IMG/VR virus record: IMGVR_UViG_3300032087_006376
Coordinates: 1 to 64,000 of that record
DNA from: a virus
Direction: 5' to 3' (one strand)
DNA length: 64,000 nucleotides
The notes under the pieces are model-generated. The model ran no database searches and was not told the DNA's origin. It saw nothing but the letters and a program-made list of their open reading frames with translations. This document shows positions 9,643 through 19,327 of this stretch, one piece after another. The position numbers were made by a program, and so were the translations under genes. Within the stretch, counting starts at the first letter, position 1; each line of letters opens with the position of its first letter.

Positions 9643-10255
9643 ATAGTGACCATCCGTTTTCTTTGAACAGCTTGGCAATATGGTTGTGGCAAGTTTGCTT
9701 TTCGTCGTTGAAATCTTTCCATTTTATCTTAAAATCGGCCATGTTTTTAACTATTGGGTCATTAGCTTTTTCTTCGAAATTAGCTGGTTTGTTGTTTATT
9801 CTATGAATGTGAATAACGTACCCGCCCATTTTTTTGATCCATTTAGCTTCATTTTCATACCTGACATCAGGTATCAGAACTATTATCTTATTTTCTACGG
9901 AATTTTCTATTCTTTTGGAAACTTTTTTTATCCAGAAATCTTTGTCTATTTTATTTCTGCAAACATCAGTTGCATACGAAACTAACAACGGTCTTATTAT
10001 TTCTTTTTCTTTTTTATTTTCAGTAAAAGAAGATATATTTAAATTTTCTTTAGTGAAGTTGTCAAGATCTTTTTTCACGGCAGACGCAAAAGACACAGTA
10101 GACACGGGATATTGGTGTTTTTTTAGTTTTAGAGATAAGTATTTAGCGAAAGTGTCTTTACCACACCTAGCTAGACCAGATATTCCGAAAATTAAAGGTA
10201 TCTCTTTGTAAACTATTTTGGTTCTTCTTTGTGTTTTTAAAATATGAGTAATCAT
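9626..10255 (-). CDS. Deoxynucleoside monophosphate kinase-like P-loop kinase
   Basis: GISGLARCGKDT Walker A; IPDVRYENE motif. Confidence 0.7.
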   Translation of the reverse strand: MITHILKTQRRTKIVYKEIPLIFGISGLARCGKDTFAKYLSLKLKKHQYPVSTVSFASAVKKDLDNFTKENLNISSFTENKKEKEIIRPLLVSYATDVCRNKIDKDFWIKKVSKRIENSVENKIIVLIPDVRYENEAKWIKKMGGYVIHIHRINNKPANFEEKANDPIVKNMADFKIKWKDFNDEKQTCHNHIAKLFKENGWSLYGEFK

Positions 10256-10366
10256 AGGTTTCCTAAGACCTTAAGTATATGTTAAGGTTTACCTGTGGCA
10301 TTTTTAAGGTTGCTTATGTAATCTGTCAAAGTATCTTAAAGTAATTAATATCTTCGTTGCACTCAG

Positions 10367-10395
10367 ATATTAAGTGCCTTTTTTGCCTGTGTCAA
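10367..10395 (-). promoter_or_regulatory. Sigma70-type promoter for the kinase-sigma-GT-hsp20 block
   Basis: TTGACA-N17-TAATAT on minus strand. Confidence 0.65.
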
Positions 10396-10675
10396 GCAAA
10401 AAATCACTTATGTTTGACATTTCTTTAGCAAGAGAAAAAAGACCTATATCTCCAAGCACCTCTGAAAAAGAGAAAACTTCGCAGCTATCAGTGTTTTCTT
10501 TGATTTTAGTGACAACCACAGCCATCGAAACATTAGTTTCATTTCCATGTTTCTTTAGTATTTTTTTGACACCTATCGACGCTGCTTCATTTATGTTTTC
10601 TGCTAATACCACAGTTTCATGGTTCGCCAAACCTACTAAATAAAAAAAATCTTGACTTTCTATGTCTCTAAACAT
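10370..10675 (-). CDS. Hypothetical protein
   Basis: 101-aa ORF with plausible composition; start uncertain. Confidence 0.5.
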   Translation of the reverse strand: MFRDIESQDFFYLVGLANHETVVLAENINEAASIGVKKILKKHGNETNVSMAVVVTKIKENTDSCEVFSFSEVLGDIGLFSLAKEMSNISDFLLDTGKKGT

Positions 10676-10680
10676 AAAAT
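10652..10680 (+). promoter_or_regulatory. Sigma70-type promoter for the glycan operon
   Basis: TTGACT-N17-TAAAAT, 16 nt before ATG 10697. Confidence 0.65.
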
Positions 10681-10696
10681 ATATTTAACAGTTTTT

Positions 10697-11566
10697 ATGT
10701 ATTGTGTCAATAAAAAAATATTATGGCTTGCAGATAATGAGTTAGAAAATGCTCCGGGCGGTGCTCAAAGAAGCGATAAAATCCTAATAGACAAAGGCAA
10801 GCTTTTAGGTTTGAATATTTTAAAACTTAATTGGCAAACCTTAAAAGATCCTAAAAGAATTTTTGATTTCGATGTTGTAATATCTTCAAATTTAGCAAGG
10901 ATAAATCATTTTTATCCCGGTACCGTAGACGAATTAAGTGTCCACCCATTTCATGTCAGGTTGGAGCACGACGCTAACGGCTATTTATCACAAGAACAAA
11001 TGATCAAGTTATTTGATAACTGCAAGAAAACATTTTTTCTTTCTGATTATCATCTTAAATTTTTCAAAGAAACTTTTGGGGATATTTTCAAAAATACAGA
11101 AATAGTAGCAGACCCCATAGATATTTCTAAGTTTTATAACTACAACAATGATAGAGAAGATAAAATACTATATTCTGGATATATGCACAAAGGCAAAGGA
11201 TCTGATTTATTTTTTGAGTACGTTTTGCAAAATCCAGATAAAGAGTTTGTAGTTTCTGGATGGTCCTCTGATCGCATATATATGATATTATGCAAGAATA
11301 TTCCAAACATAGAATTTTTAGGGCAAGTAGAATACGAAGACATGCCAAAAATCTACAATAAATATAATACAATGTTTTATAATCCTTTAGTTAAAGAACC
11401 ATTTTGTAGATCTGTCGCTGAAGCTGTTCTTTGCGGCACGAAAATACTCGGAAACGAACAATCTCACAAACAGATAGGATGTCTTAGCGAAATTGCTAAA
11501 TTTGGAATGGAAGAATTTAAAAGACAGTGTAATGAAGCACCATCAATCTTCTGGAGTAAAATATGA
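10697..11566 (+). CDS. Glycosyltransferase, GT4-like
   Basis: GGAQRSD; KGKG; EPFCRSVAEAVLCG motif. Start moved to ATG 10697 because the track start overlaps the promoter. Confidence 0.75.
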   Translation: MYCVNKKILWLADNELENAPGGAQRSDKILIDKGKLLGLNILKLNWQTLKDPKRIFDFDVVISSNLARINHFYPGTVDELSVHPFHVRLEHDANGYLSQEQMIKLFDNCKKTFFLSDYHLKFFKETFGDIFKNTEIVADPIDISKFYNYNNDREDKILYSGYMHKGKGSDLFFEYVLQNPDKEFVVSGWSSDRIYMILCKNIPNIEFLGQVEYEDMPKIYNKYNTMFYNPLVKEPFCRSVAEAVLCGTKILGNEQSHKQIGCLSEIAKFGMEEFKRQCNEAPSIFWSKI

Positions 11567-12267
11567 AAAATCCATTTGAATATTTCGATAAAATATATTG
11601 CGTCAATCTAAAAGAAAGAACTGATAGATGGAAAGAATGTTTAGATAATTTTGAAAAATTCGGCATCAAGAATTGCACTCGTTTAGATGCTGTAAAAATA
11701 AATGCGGACATTCACCCGAAAAGAAAAGGACAAATAGGCTGCTCTCTATCTTATGCTATGTGTATAAACAAAGCGATAAATGAAAATTTAAAAAATGTTC
11801 TTATTTTAGAAGATGATTTTGAGTTTGCATTACAGAAAGAAGACTTACATAAAAGAATCAACGCAACCATAAAAGAGCTACCAGATAATTGGGATTCATT
11901 ATATTTCGGTGGAACAATAGGAAATTTTTACGGAAAAGAACCTATAGAAAAATATTCACCTAATCTTTTTAAATTAAATTGCGCTCATACAACTCATTCT
12001 ATCGCATTCTCTTACCAAGGCCTTAGAAAGATAGTTAAATTATTCGACAATAATTTAGAATGGCATCAAAAATTAATAGAAAATTATGAGTGCATAGATG
12101 TGTTTTTAGCCAAAGAATTTTTACCAAATAGTAATTCTTTTATTTCTTCAGATTTATTATGCTACCAAAGAGTCAGTCAATCTGACATAGAAAATACAAC
12201 TTACGATTACTCGCACTGGATGAATCATAATTTCAACCAATACAAATCAAAAATTTTAAATGAATAA
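11563..12267 (+). CDS. Glycosyltransferase family 25-like
   Basis: KIYCVNLKERTDRW; GCSLSY; LILEDD. Confidence 0.8.
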   Translation: MKNPFEYFDKIYCVNLKERTDRWKECLDNFEKFGIKNCTRLDAVKINADIHPKRKGQIGCSLSYAMCINKAINENLKNVLILEDDFEFALQKEDLHKRINATIKELPDNWDSLYFGGTIGNFYGKEPIEKYSPNLFKLNCAHTTHSIAFSYQGLRKIVKLFDNNLEWHQKLIENYECIDVFLAKEFLPNSNSFISSDLLCYQRVSQSDIENTTYDYSHWMNHNFNQYKSKILNE

Positions 12268-13051
12268 AAACTTTATTTCATTTAATATAATGGGAGGGTT
12301 AGGGAATATACTTTTCCCAGCTGCAGCCGCATATTCATATTCAATTGATAACAATTGCGATTTTAAAACTAATAACGGCCACTCTGGATATTTACATACA
12401 CACCCTAAACATTATCTAGATTCAATATTTAAAAATTTTGAAACACTATCTCAAATACCATCTGTTGTAGTACATGAAGAAAAGTCTTTTACTTTTAATG
12501 AAATACCAACATATGAAGGACTAAATGTTTTTTTATCTGGATACTATCAATCAGAAAAATATTTTTCAAAAAACAGAAACAAAGTAAATTCTTTAATTCT
12601 TTCTGATTCTGAGAGGTTTGAATTAGCTAATAATAAATTCAATTCTTTTTTCAACCACGAAGACATGGTTGTTTCATTGCATGTCAGGCGAGGTAGTTAT
12701 TTAAATCTGAAAGATCATCACACCAACCTAGACTTAGATTATTACGAAAAAGCTTTAAGTCTAATAAATCACACAAAAGTTTTAGTTTTTAGTGACGATA
12801 TAGAATACTGTAGAAAAAACTTTATTGACAAAAAATATTTTTTCCATTACAGTGAAGATGATTTACTGGATCTGTATTTAATGTCTTTATGCCATAATAA
12901 CATAATAGCTAATAGCACGTATAGCTGGTGGGGCGCTTGGCTAAATAAAAATAAAAACAAAAAAATAATAGCTCCCGAAAGATGGTTTGGCCCATCTAAT
13001 TCTCATTTCGACACTAAAGATTTAATCCCAGAAAGCTGGATAAAAATATGA
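12260..13051 (+). CDS. GT11 alpha-1,2-fucosyl/colitosyltransferase
   Basis: GGLGN.LF; GYYQSEKYF; SLHVRRG; VFSDD; IIANSTYSWWGAWL. Confidence 0.9.
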   Translation: MNKNFISFNIMGGLGNILFPAAAAYSYSIDNNCDFKTNNGHSGYLHTHPKHYLDSIFKNFETLSQIPSVVVHEEKSFTFNEIPTYEGLNVFLSGYYQSEKYFSKNRNKVNSLILSDSERFELANNKFNSFFNHEDMVVSLHVRRGSYLNLKDHHTNLDLDYYEKALSLINHTKVLVFSDDIEYCRKNFIDKKYFFHYSEDDLLDLYLMSLCHNNIIANSTYSWWGAWLNKNKNKKIIAPERWFGPSNSHFDTKDLIPESWIKI

Positions 13052-13854
13052 AAAAAATTTTTCTTCAAGATACATGCTTTTCGCATTGCATATACAGCAA
13101 CAACCCGCTTCCCCCGATACAATTTAGCGAAGATATTGAATGGGATAGATCGAAAAATTTTACCGAAGACGATTTTGTTGTTTATACCGACAGAAACATA
13201 CCTTTTGCTAGAGACAATAAAAACAAAAATATAGCTTGGCTAATAGAGCCTGAATTTCTTCAACCAGAAATGTACAGGTATGTAAAAGAAAATTATTTTA
13301 AATTTAATAAAATATTTACTAGCGACAAGAATTTACTTTCATTAGAAAACTCCATACTTATACCCTATGGCGGATGTTGGGTCGCTAAAGAAGAACATTT
13401 AATTTATCCTAAAAATAAACTTGTTTCAATTATAGCTTCTGGAAAAAAAGAACTTCCCGGCCATAGATTAAGACATGAAATAATACATAACCTTAAAGAT
13501 TCAATTTCAGTTTTTGGAAATGGATATAATCCAATCAAAAATAAAATACAAGGACTTAAAGATTACATGTTTCATATTGTTGTGGAAAACGTTAAAAAAG
13601 ATTTTTGGTTCACAGAGAAACTTATCGATTGTTTAGTTACAGGCTGTATTCCTATTTATTACGGATGCCCATCAATTCATGAGTTTTTTAACCCAGAAGG
13701 CTTTATTACTTTCAACACCTTACATGAACTAAAATTAAACATAGATAAGTTAAACTCAAATCTATACAATTCAAAAAAAGACGCTATAGAAGAAAATTTT
13801 GCCAAAGCAAAACAATACCTGTTAGCCGAAAAATCAGTAAGCAAATATTTTTAA
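13048..13854 (+). CDS. GT10-like alpha-1,3/4-fucosyltransferase
   Basis: YMFHIVVEN...FTEKLIDCLVTGCIPIYYG matches the GT10 alpha1,3 motif. Confidence 0.75.
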   Translation: MKKIFLQDTCFSHCIYSNNPLPPIQFSEDIEWDRSKNFTEDDFVVYTDRNIPFARDNKNKNIAWLIEPEFLQPEMYRYVKENYFKFNKIFTSDKNLLSLENSILIPYGGCWVAKEEHLIYPKNKLVSIIASGKKELPGHRLRHEIIHNLKDSISVFGNGYNPIKNKIQGLKDYMFHIVVENVKKDFWFTEKLIDCLVTGCIPIYYGCPSIHEFFNPEGFITFNTLHELKLNIDKLNSNLYNSKKDAIEENFAKAKQYLLAEKSVSKYF

Positions 13855-13855
13855 T

Positions 13856-14602
13856 ATGAAACTTTCTTACAATGATATAATCAATAAACACAAAAACAAG
13901 ATCGGACTTTGCGTTGGATTAGGCCCCAGCTTGAGACTTTATGATAAAGAAGTTGTTAATTGTGCGAAAAACAAAAATGATTATTGTTGTTTTTCTGTCA
14001 ATACTTTTCATAGAATGATTGACTTACAAGCTGACTACAGAGTTTTAGCAAACAGCGTTATTACAATTGATAGACTATATAAAGAATATAATGAAAAACC
14101 TGAAACCGCATTGTTAACAGCTGATACCGTAGATACAACCGATAAAAGACTTGTAGAAAAAATACTTAAAATAGATTATTTACAATACGATCAGAGACAC
14201 TTTAACCATAAAACTTGTCAAGAATTATACGGATGTTCTGAAAAAAGAAAATGTTGCGAACATATAGATCCAAACAGATTAACGATTCAAGAAGAATTAG
14301 CTAAGTACACAAATTCTGAATTCATATACGGAACCGGATCTACTGTTTCTCTTCATATGTTAGCTTTTTGTATTTTATCAGGCTGCAAAGAAATTTATAT
14401 ATTTGGAATTGATTTGGACTACTCAAAAGGATATTACGACGGCATAACGATTAACCACGATTCCTTTAATCCGTATTTAGAAGAAATAGTAGAAGATTTT
14501 AAAATAATTAATATGGCTGCTAAAAAAATAGGGGTGAACATTTATTCATGCACCCCAGAATCAAAAATAAACAAATACGTAGAATTTAAACCTTTTGTTT
14601 AA
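13856..14602 (+). CDS. Nonulosonic acid (sialyl-type) transferase, GT42/Maf-like
   Basis: VGLGPSL; SVNTF; GCKEIYIFGIDL resemble CstII/Maf motifs; adjacent to NeuA. Confidence 0.6.
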   Translation: MKLSYNDIINKHKNKIGLCVGLGPSLRLYDKEVVNCAKNKNDYCCFSVNTFHRMIDLQADYRVLANSVITIDRLYKEYNEKPETALLTADTVDTTDKRLVEKILKIDYLQYDQRHFNHKTCQELYGCSEKRKCCEHIDPNRLTIQEELAKYTNSEFIYGTGSTVSLHMLAFCILSGCKEIYIFGIDLDYSKGYYDGITINHDSFNPYLEEIVEDFKIINMAAKKIGVNIYSCTPESKINKYVEFKPFV

Positions 14603-15284
14603 AATGAAAACTATCTGTATAATACCGGCAAGAGGAGGAAGTAAAGGCATACCTAAAAAAAATATAATAGATTTTAATGGACAACCTCTAATAAGTTATT
14701 CAATTAATCAAGCGTTGGCATGTGACAGCATATCTTCAGTTTATGTTACATCTGATTGCGAAAACATTTTGGAAGTATCTCAAAATTATGGAGCAAAAAC
14801 AATACTTAGACCCCCAGAAATATCTTCAGACATCTCTTCTAGCGAAGAAGCTTTAATTCATGCAATTTTAAAAGTAAAAGAAAATTTTGACTCTGTAGTT
14901 TTTTTACAAGCTACATCTCCGATTAGAACCCCAGATGACATAGAAAAAGGTCTTAGATGTTTTCATGATAAGAAATTAGACTCTATTTTTTCTGTCTGTA
15001 AAACAGAAAATTGCTTCATTTGGCAAGAAAAACCAGAAGGCATAAAAAGCATAAATTATGACTATAAACACAGAAAAATGAGGCAGGAACTAACAAGCCA
15101 ATACACAGAAAACGGGTCAATTTATATTTTTGAGAAATCTGGATTTTTAAAAAAACAGAATAGAATCTTCGGTAAAAAAAGCTTTTTTGTTTTAGAAAAA
15201 TGGAAAGCTTTCGAAATAGACAGCTATGAAGATTTAGAAGTTTGTGAAATAATGTATAAATTAAAAATAAAGCCTCACAGCTGA
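14595..15284 (+). CDS. neuA: CMP-nonulosonic acid synthetase (acylneuraminate cytidylyltransferase)
   Basis: IIPARGGSKGIPKKNI; LQATSP.R; ENGSIY; EID..D. Confidence 0.9.
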   Translation: MFKMKTICIIPARGGSKGIPKKNIIDFNGQPLISYSINQALACDSISSVYVTSDCENILEVSQNYGAKTILRPPEISSDISSSEEALIHAILKVKENFDSVVFLQATSPIRTPDDIEKGLRCFHDKKLDSIFSVCKTENCFIWQEKPEGIKSINYDYKHRKMRQELTSQYTENGSIYIFEKSGFLKKQNRIFGKKSFFVLEKWKAFEIDSYEDLEVCEIMYKLKIKPHS

Positions 15285-15413
15285 GCAATCGATTTTTTGC
15301 AAATCAACTTGAAATTCAAGAAAAATAAAATACAATTATTTGTTTATTATATAGACGGCATATGTGATATAAATAAAGAATATTTATGCCATTAAAAACA
15401 GTTAAGATAATTC

Positions 15414-16226
15414 ATGCATATTATAGCAGAAATCGGAATAAACCATAACGGAGATATTAATTTAGCAAAAAAATTAATAGATATTTCTTCTGTTGCAGGT
15501 TGTAAGTATGTTAAGTTTCAAAAGCGAACCCCTGAGTTATGTGTGCCAGAGGATCAAAAAAATAAAATTAGAGAGACACCTTGGGGTAAAATTTCATATA
15601 TAGAATATAAAAATAAAATTGAGTTTGGAAAAAAAGAGTATGATGAAATAGATAGTTATTGCAAAGAGAAAGGAATCAAATGGTTTGCCAGTGTGTGGGA
15701 TAAACCTTCTGCAGAATTTATTTCTAATTACACAAACATCTCTAAAATACCATCTGCTCTTATCACAAATATAGAATTATGTAAATACACAAGAAGTAAA
15801 TTTGAAACTTTTTTAGTTTCTACTGGCATGAGCACTGAGAGCCAGATAGAAAATGCTGTTAACCAAAGCAATCCTGATGTTATTTTTCACACAAACTCGA
15901 CTTATCCGTGCCCAGTAAAGGATTTAAACCTTAATTATATAAAACATTTGAAAAATAAATATCCTGATAAATCTATAGGTTACAGCGGTCATGAATACGG
16001 TCTTGTACCTACATTTGTAGCGGTGTCGCTGGGTTGTGAATGGGTAGAGCGTCATGTTACTATGGATCGAACCTTATGGGGTTCTGATCACATGTCTTCC
16101 CTCGAACCCGGTGGTTTAATTAAAATGTGTAAAGGCATAAATGATGTAGAGTTATCTCTCGGATCAAGTAAAGAGCGGATTATTACCGAAGGAGAATATA
16201 ATAAACTTAAAAGCTTAAGAGGCTAA
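15414..16226 (+). CDS. neuB: Nonulosonic acid synthase, short form lacking the C-terminal SAF domain
   Basis: IIAEIGINHNG; VKFQKR; KIPSA; STGMS; GYSGHE; ERHVT.D. Confidence 0.9.
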   Translation: MHIIAEIGINHNGDINLAKKLIDISSVAGCKYVKFQKRTPELCVPEDQKNKIRETPWGKISYIEYKNKIEFGKKEYDEIDSYCKEKGIKWFASVWDKPSAEFISNYTNISKIPSALITNIELCKYTRSKFETFLVSTGMSTESQIENAVNQSNPDVIFHTNSTYPCPVKDLNLNYIKHLKNKYPDKSIGYSGHEYGLVPTFVAVSLGCEWVERHVTMDRTLWGSDHMSSLEPGGLIKMCKGINDVELSLGSSKERIITEGEYNKLKSLRG

Positions 16227-16227
16227 T

Positions 16228-16551
16228 ATGATTATATTTGTAGATATTGATAATACTATATTTAAAACAAATGGGTTAAACTATGAAAACAGTATGCCTA
16301 TGTTAGAAAGAATTAATATTATTAATAATCTTTATGATAGCGGTCATACTATAATTTACTGGACAGCTAGAGGGACCGAATCAGGCAAAAATTGGATTGA
16401 TATAACTAAAAAGCAATTTATTAAATTTAATGTTAAGCATCATGAATTAAGATTTGGCAAACCTGTGTACGATATGTTTATCGACGATAAAAATTTTAAT
16501 TCAGAAGATTTTTTCAATGGAAAGCATAAAGCAATTAATCCAAAAATTTAG
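16228..16551 (+). CDS. HAD-family phosphatase
   Basis: FVDIDNTI motif I; WTARG; GKP.YD..IDDK. Confidence 0.8.
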   Translation: MIIFVDIDNTIFKTNGLNYENSMPMLERINIINNLYDSGHTIIYWTARGTESGKNWIDITKKQFIKFNVKHHELRFGKPVYDMFIDDKNFNSEDFFNGKHKAINPKI

Positions 16552-16559
16552 AAAATAAA

Positions 16560-18146
16560 ATGTATTTTAAAAAAAGACAAGTTTTAAGTTTTTACGGATC
16601 TCATGATGCTTCTGTTACTTTTATAGATAAACATCAAAAATTAAGAGTTTTAGAATATGAAAGATTTGTCAGAAAAAGATATGCTATGTATTCGAGCGAT
16701 TATGACAACTGGGAGCTCGGATCAAATGAAAACACAAGAATCGAATTTCTAAAACATGTTTGCACAAATATAAACCCAGAAGAAATTAAAATTGTTTTAT
16801 TTTTACACTTATCTGATTTGGATAAGAATCTAATAAAATCTTTTTTTCCTAACGCCGATTTTGTTTTATGTAATCATCATACAGCTCACGCAGCAAGCTC
16901 CTTTTTTACTAGTGGTTTTGAAAAAGCTTTTATTATCTCAATTGATGGAGGAGGTATAGAAAATAACCAAGTTGTTTTCACAAAAACATTCTTAGGCGAA
17001 AAAGAAACATTAAACGATCTTGATTCTTTACAAATAAACCTAGGAGGCCCTTATGGATATGTAGGTTGCCCTATTTCTGAAATAAATCCCGGCATAGATT
17101 CTAAGGAAAATTCTTTAGCATACGCTGGAAAAGTTATGGGGATTTGTGCTTATGGAAAAATTAGAGAAACATGGATTAAACCAATAGAAGATTTTTACAA
17201 ATCAAGAATGTATGATGGCTCAAACAACAAAAAGTTATCAAAAGATATAGGGTTAGATATTTATTTTAACAGCCTGAAAGGGCAAGACTCCTACGATTTA
17301 GCAGCAACATCTCAATTTGTTTTCGAAAAAATATTTTTTGATTATTTTTGGGATGAAATAGTTAAGCTAAACACAGATGTAATTCTAACCGGAGGCTGTG
17401 CTTTAAACGTGCTATTAAACCAAAAACTTGCAGAACGGTTAAAAACAATTAATAAAAAACTTTACATAAGCCCTAACCCTAACGACTCTGGATTATCCAT
17501 GGGTATGTTTTTAAATTTTCTTAAATTAAAAATATCAGAAAATTTTGTTTATGGTGGGCTTGATATATTAGACGCAAATAAGTTTGATTATTACAAGAAA
17601 CAAAGATCTCATATAAGAGCTTCTGCTGAAGAAATAGCGAAAAGTTTAAAAACTGGTAAAATAATAGGCATTATTGAAGGAAAATCAGAAATAGGACCAA
17701 GAGCTTTAGGAAATAGAAGTATTATATGTAATCCGTCAATTGAAAACATGAAAGACATACTTAATGCTAAAGTTAAATTTAGAGAATGGTACAGACCTTT
17801 TGCTCCAGTTTGCCGCGAACAAGATAAAGATATATTTTTTGAAAATTGTTTTGAATCAAAATATATGAGTTATGCACCAAAAGTTAAAGCTCCTTACAAC
17901 ACAAAATTACCAGCTATTACTCATCAAGACGGAACAGCCAGACTTCAAACCGTAACGAAAAAAGACCATGAATTATTTTATAATATTTTAACTGAAATGG
18001 AAAATATCGGTGAAACACCTATTATACTTAACACTTCATTTAACATAAAAGGGTTGCCTATATTATCTTCTTATGCAGATGCATTTTATGTAATGGACAA
18101 TACTGAGCTAGATCAAGTTTACAGTAACGGAATATTATTCACCTAA
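16560..18146 (+). CDS. Carbamoyltransferase (NodU/CmcH family)
   Basis: HDASV; HHTAHA; IDGGG; GGCALN; NDSG; GPRALGNRS; KFREWYRPFAP; LNTSFN. Confidence 0.9.
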   Translation: MYFKKRQVLSFYGSHDASVTFIDKHQKLRVLEYERFVRKRYAMYSSDYDNWELGSNENTRIEFLKHVCTNINPEEIKIVLFLHLSDLDKNLIKSFFPNADFVLCNHHTAHAASSFFTSGFEKAFIISIDGGGIENNQVVFTKTFLGEKETLNDLDSLQINLGGPYGYVGCPISEINPGIDSKENSLAYAGKVMGICAYGKIRETWIKPIEDFYKSRMYDGSNNKKLSKDIGLDIYFNSLKGQDSYDLAATSQFVFEKIFFDYFWDEIVKLNTDVILTGGCALNVLLNQKLAERLKTINKKLYISPNPNDSGLSMGMFLNFLKLKISENFVYGGLDILDANKFDYYKKQRSHIRASAEEIAKSLKTGKIIGIIEGKSEIGPRALGNRSIICNPSIENMKDILNAKVKFREWYRPFAPVCREQDKDIFFENCFESKYMSYAPKVKAPYNTKLPAITHQDGTARLQTVTKKDHELFYNILTEMENIGETPIILNTSFNIKGLPILSSYADAFYVMDNTELDQVYSNGILFT

Positions 18147-18983
18147 ATGAAAGAGAAAAAATATGTTCTTTGCGCAAGAGGATCTTTTGACGTTAACGGA
18201 GGAAAAGCCAGCTATGACCGTGGAACCCCACAAGATCAGACCGAAGCGGCAACAGAGTTGATATATAATAGATTATTTTTAATTCATTTGCTGCAAACAA
18301 AACAAATAACCAAGCAACACACAATTGTAACTCTCCCAGAAAGAAAGTTTTTATATGAAAATATTTTCGACAACGTAATAAATTATGACCCCACAATTGA
18401 TAATTATGATTACAATATTGTGGATTGCGATGTATGGAATAAAATAAAATATAAACCTTTTTATCCCCATTATGAAAGAGATAAAGAAATCATACATAAA
18501 ATAACTTATAACAAAGAAATTTTATCCGAAGATATCGGAGATTTTTTAGTTTGCGTACCCAGATTAAAAGTTTCAGACACTAGAAGAAATTTAAGTAAAG
18601 AATATTGGGCAGATTTTATTTCAAGCGCAAAAGATAAGTTCGATAAAATAATAGTTTTCGGAAAAGGTAATGAGAATTTAGATGATGGCTTGAGGGTCAA
18701 ATACGTGGACACACTTCAAGATTATTGCAGCTATATACACCACAGCAATTGCAGACATGTTGTAAGCACTATTTCTGGTCCTTGCCATTATGTCCAACAA
18801 TTTGGAAATACTAACAATAAAACTACTTTGACTATGGTTGACAATCTAGGACTAACGGATATACATGGGCATGATTGTTCTTATTTCGATCCATGCATCA
18901 ATTTCACAAAAGTAAAAATAAATTTTATTAAAAACCATCTTCCTACACCTGAAAATTTATCAACAACAATAACACAATTATGA
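18147..18983 (+). CDS. Hypothetical protein, possibly a GT-B-like transferase fragment
   Basis: 278-aa ORF inside the glycan operon; weak GT9-like features (STISGPCH). Confidence 0.35.
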   Translation: MKEKKYVLCARGSFDVNGGKASYDRGTPQDQTEAATELIYNRLFLIHLLQTKQITKQHTIVTLPERKFLYENIFDNVINYDPTIDNYDYNIVDCDVWNKIKYKPFYPHYERDKEIIHKITYNKEILSEDIGDFLVCVPRLKVSDTRRNLSKEYWADFISSAKDKFDKIIVFGKGNENLDDGLRVKYVDTLQDYCSYIHHSNCRHVVSTISGPCHYVQQFGNTNNKTTLTMVDNLGLTDIHGHDCSYFDPCINFTKVKINFIKNHLPTPENLSTTITQL

Positions 18984-19327
18984 GCTCAGAAATAGATAAA
19001 TATATACAATCAAAAGTAAAAAACATTTTAAATGAAAACAAATTTCCAGATTACGATGATGTATATAGTGATACATTTTCTGAATTAATAGATAAACTCA
19101 TAGTTGTGCATATAAGGCTCTGGTACCTAGAAGATGCTATAAACATCGAAACCGATCCGATAAAAGTTACTGAATTAAAAAGAAAAGCAGATGTTACATT
19201 TAAAGAAAAAAGACCCATGCTTGTTAAGTCGTTAGATAAAATGATCTTTAACTTATGTTCAGGAAAAACTAAACCAATTATAGAAAACCCTAAAATTTAT
19301 AAAGGTTATCAAGAAAATAATGAGTGA
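18980..19327 (+). CDS. DUF4254-like small helical protein
   Basis: TFSELIDKL.VVHIRLWYLED pattern. Confidence 0.45.
   Translation: MSSEIDKYIQSKVKNILNENKFPDYDDVYSDTFSELIDKLIVVHIRLWYLEDAINIETDPIKVTELKRKADVTFKEKRPMLVKSLDKMIFNLCSGKTKPIIENPKIYKGYQENNE

Noticed and set aside
15352-15392. GGCATA...TATGCC hairpin upstream of neuB as a third copy of the leader element
   Set aside because: It lacks the CTAGA loop, UCA motifs and 49-nt geometry; the inner pairing is weak.
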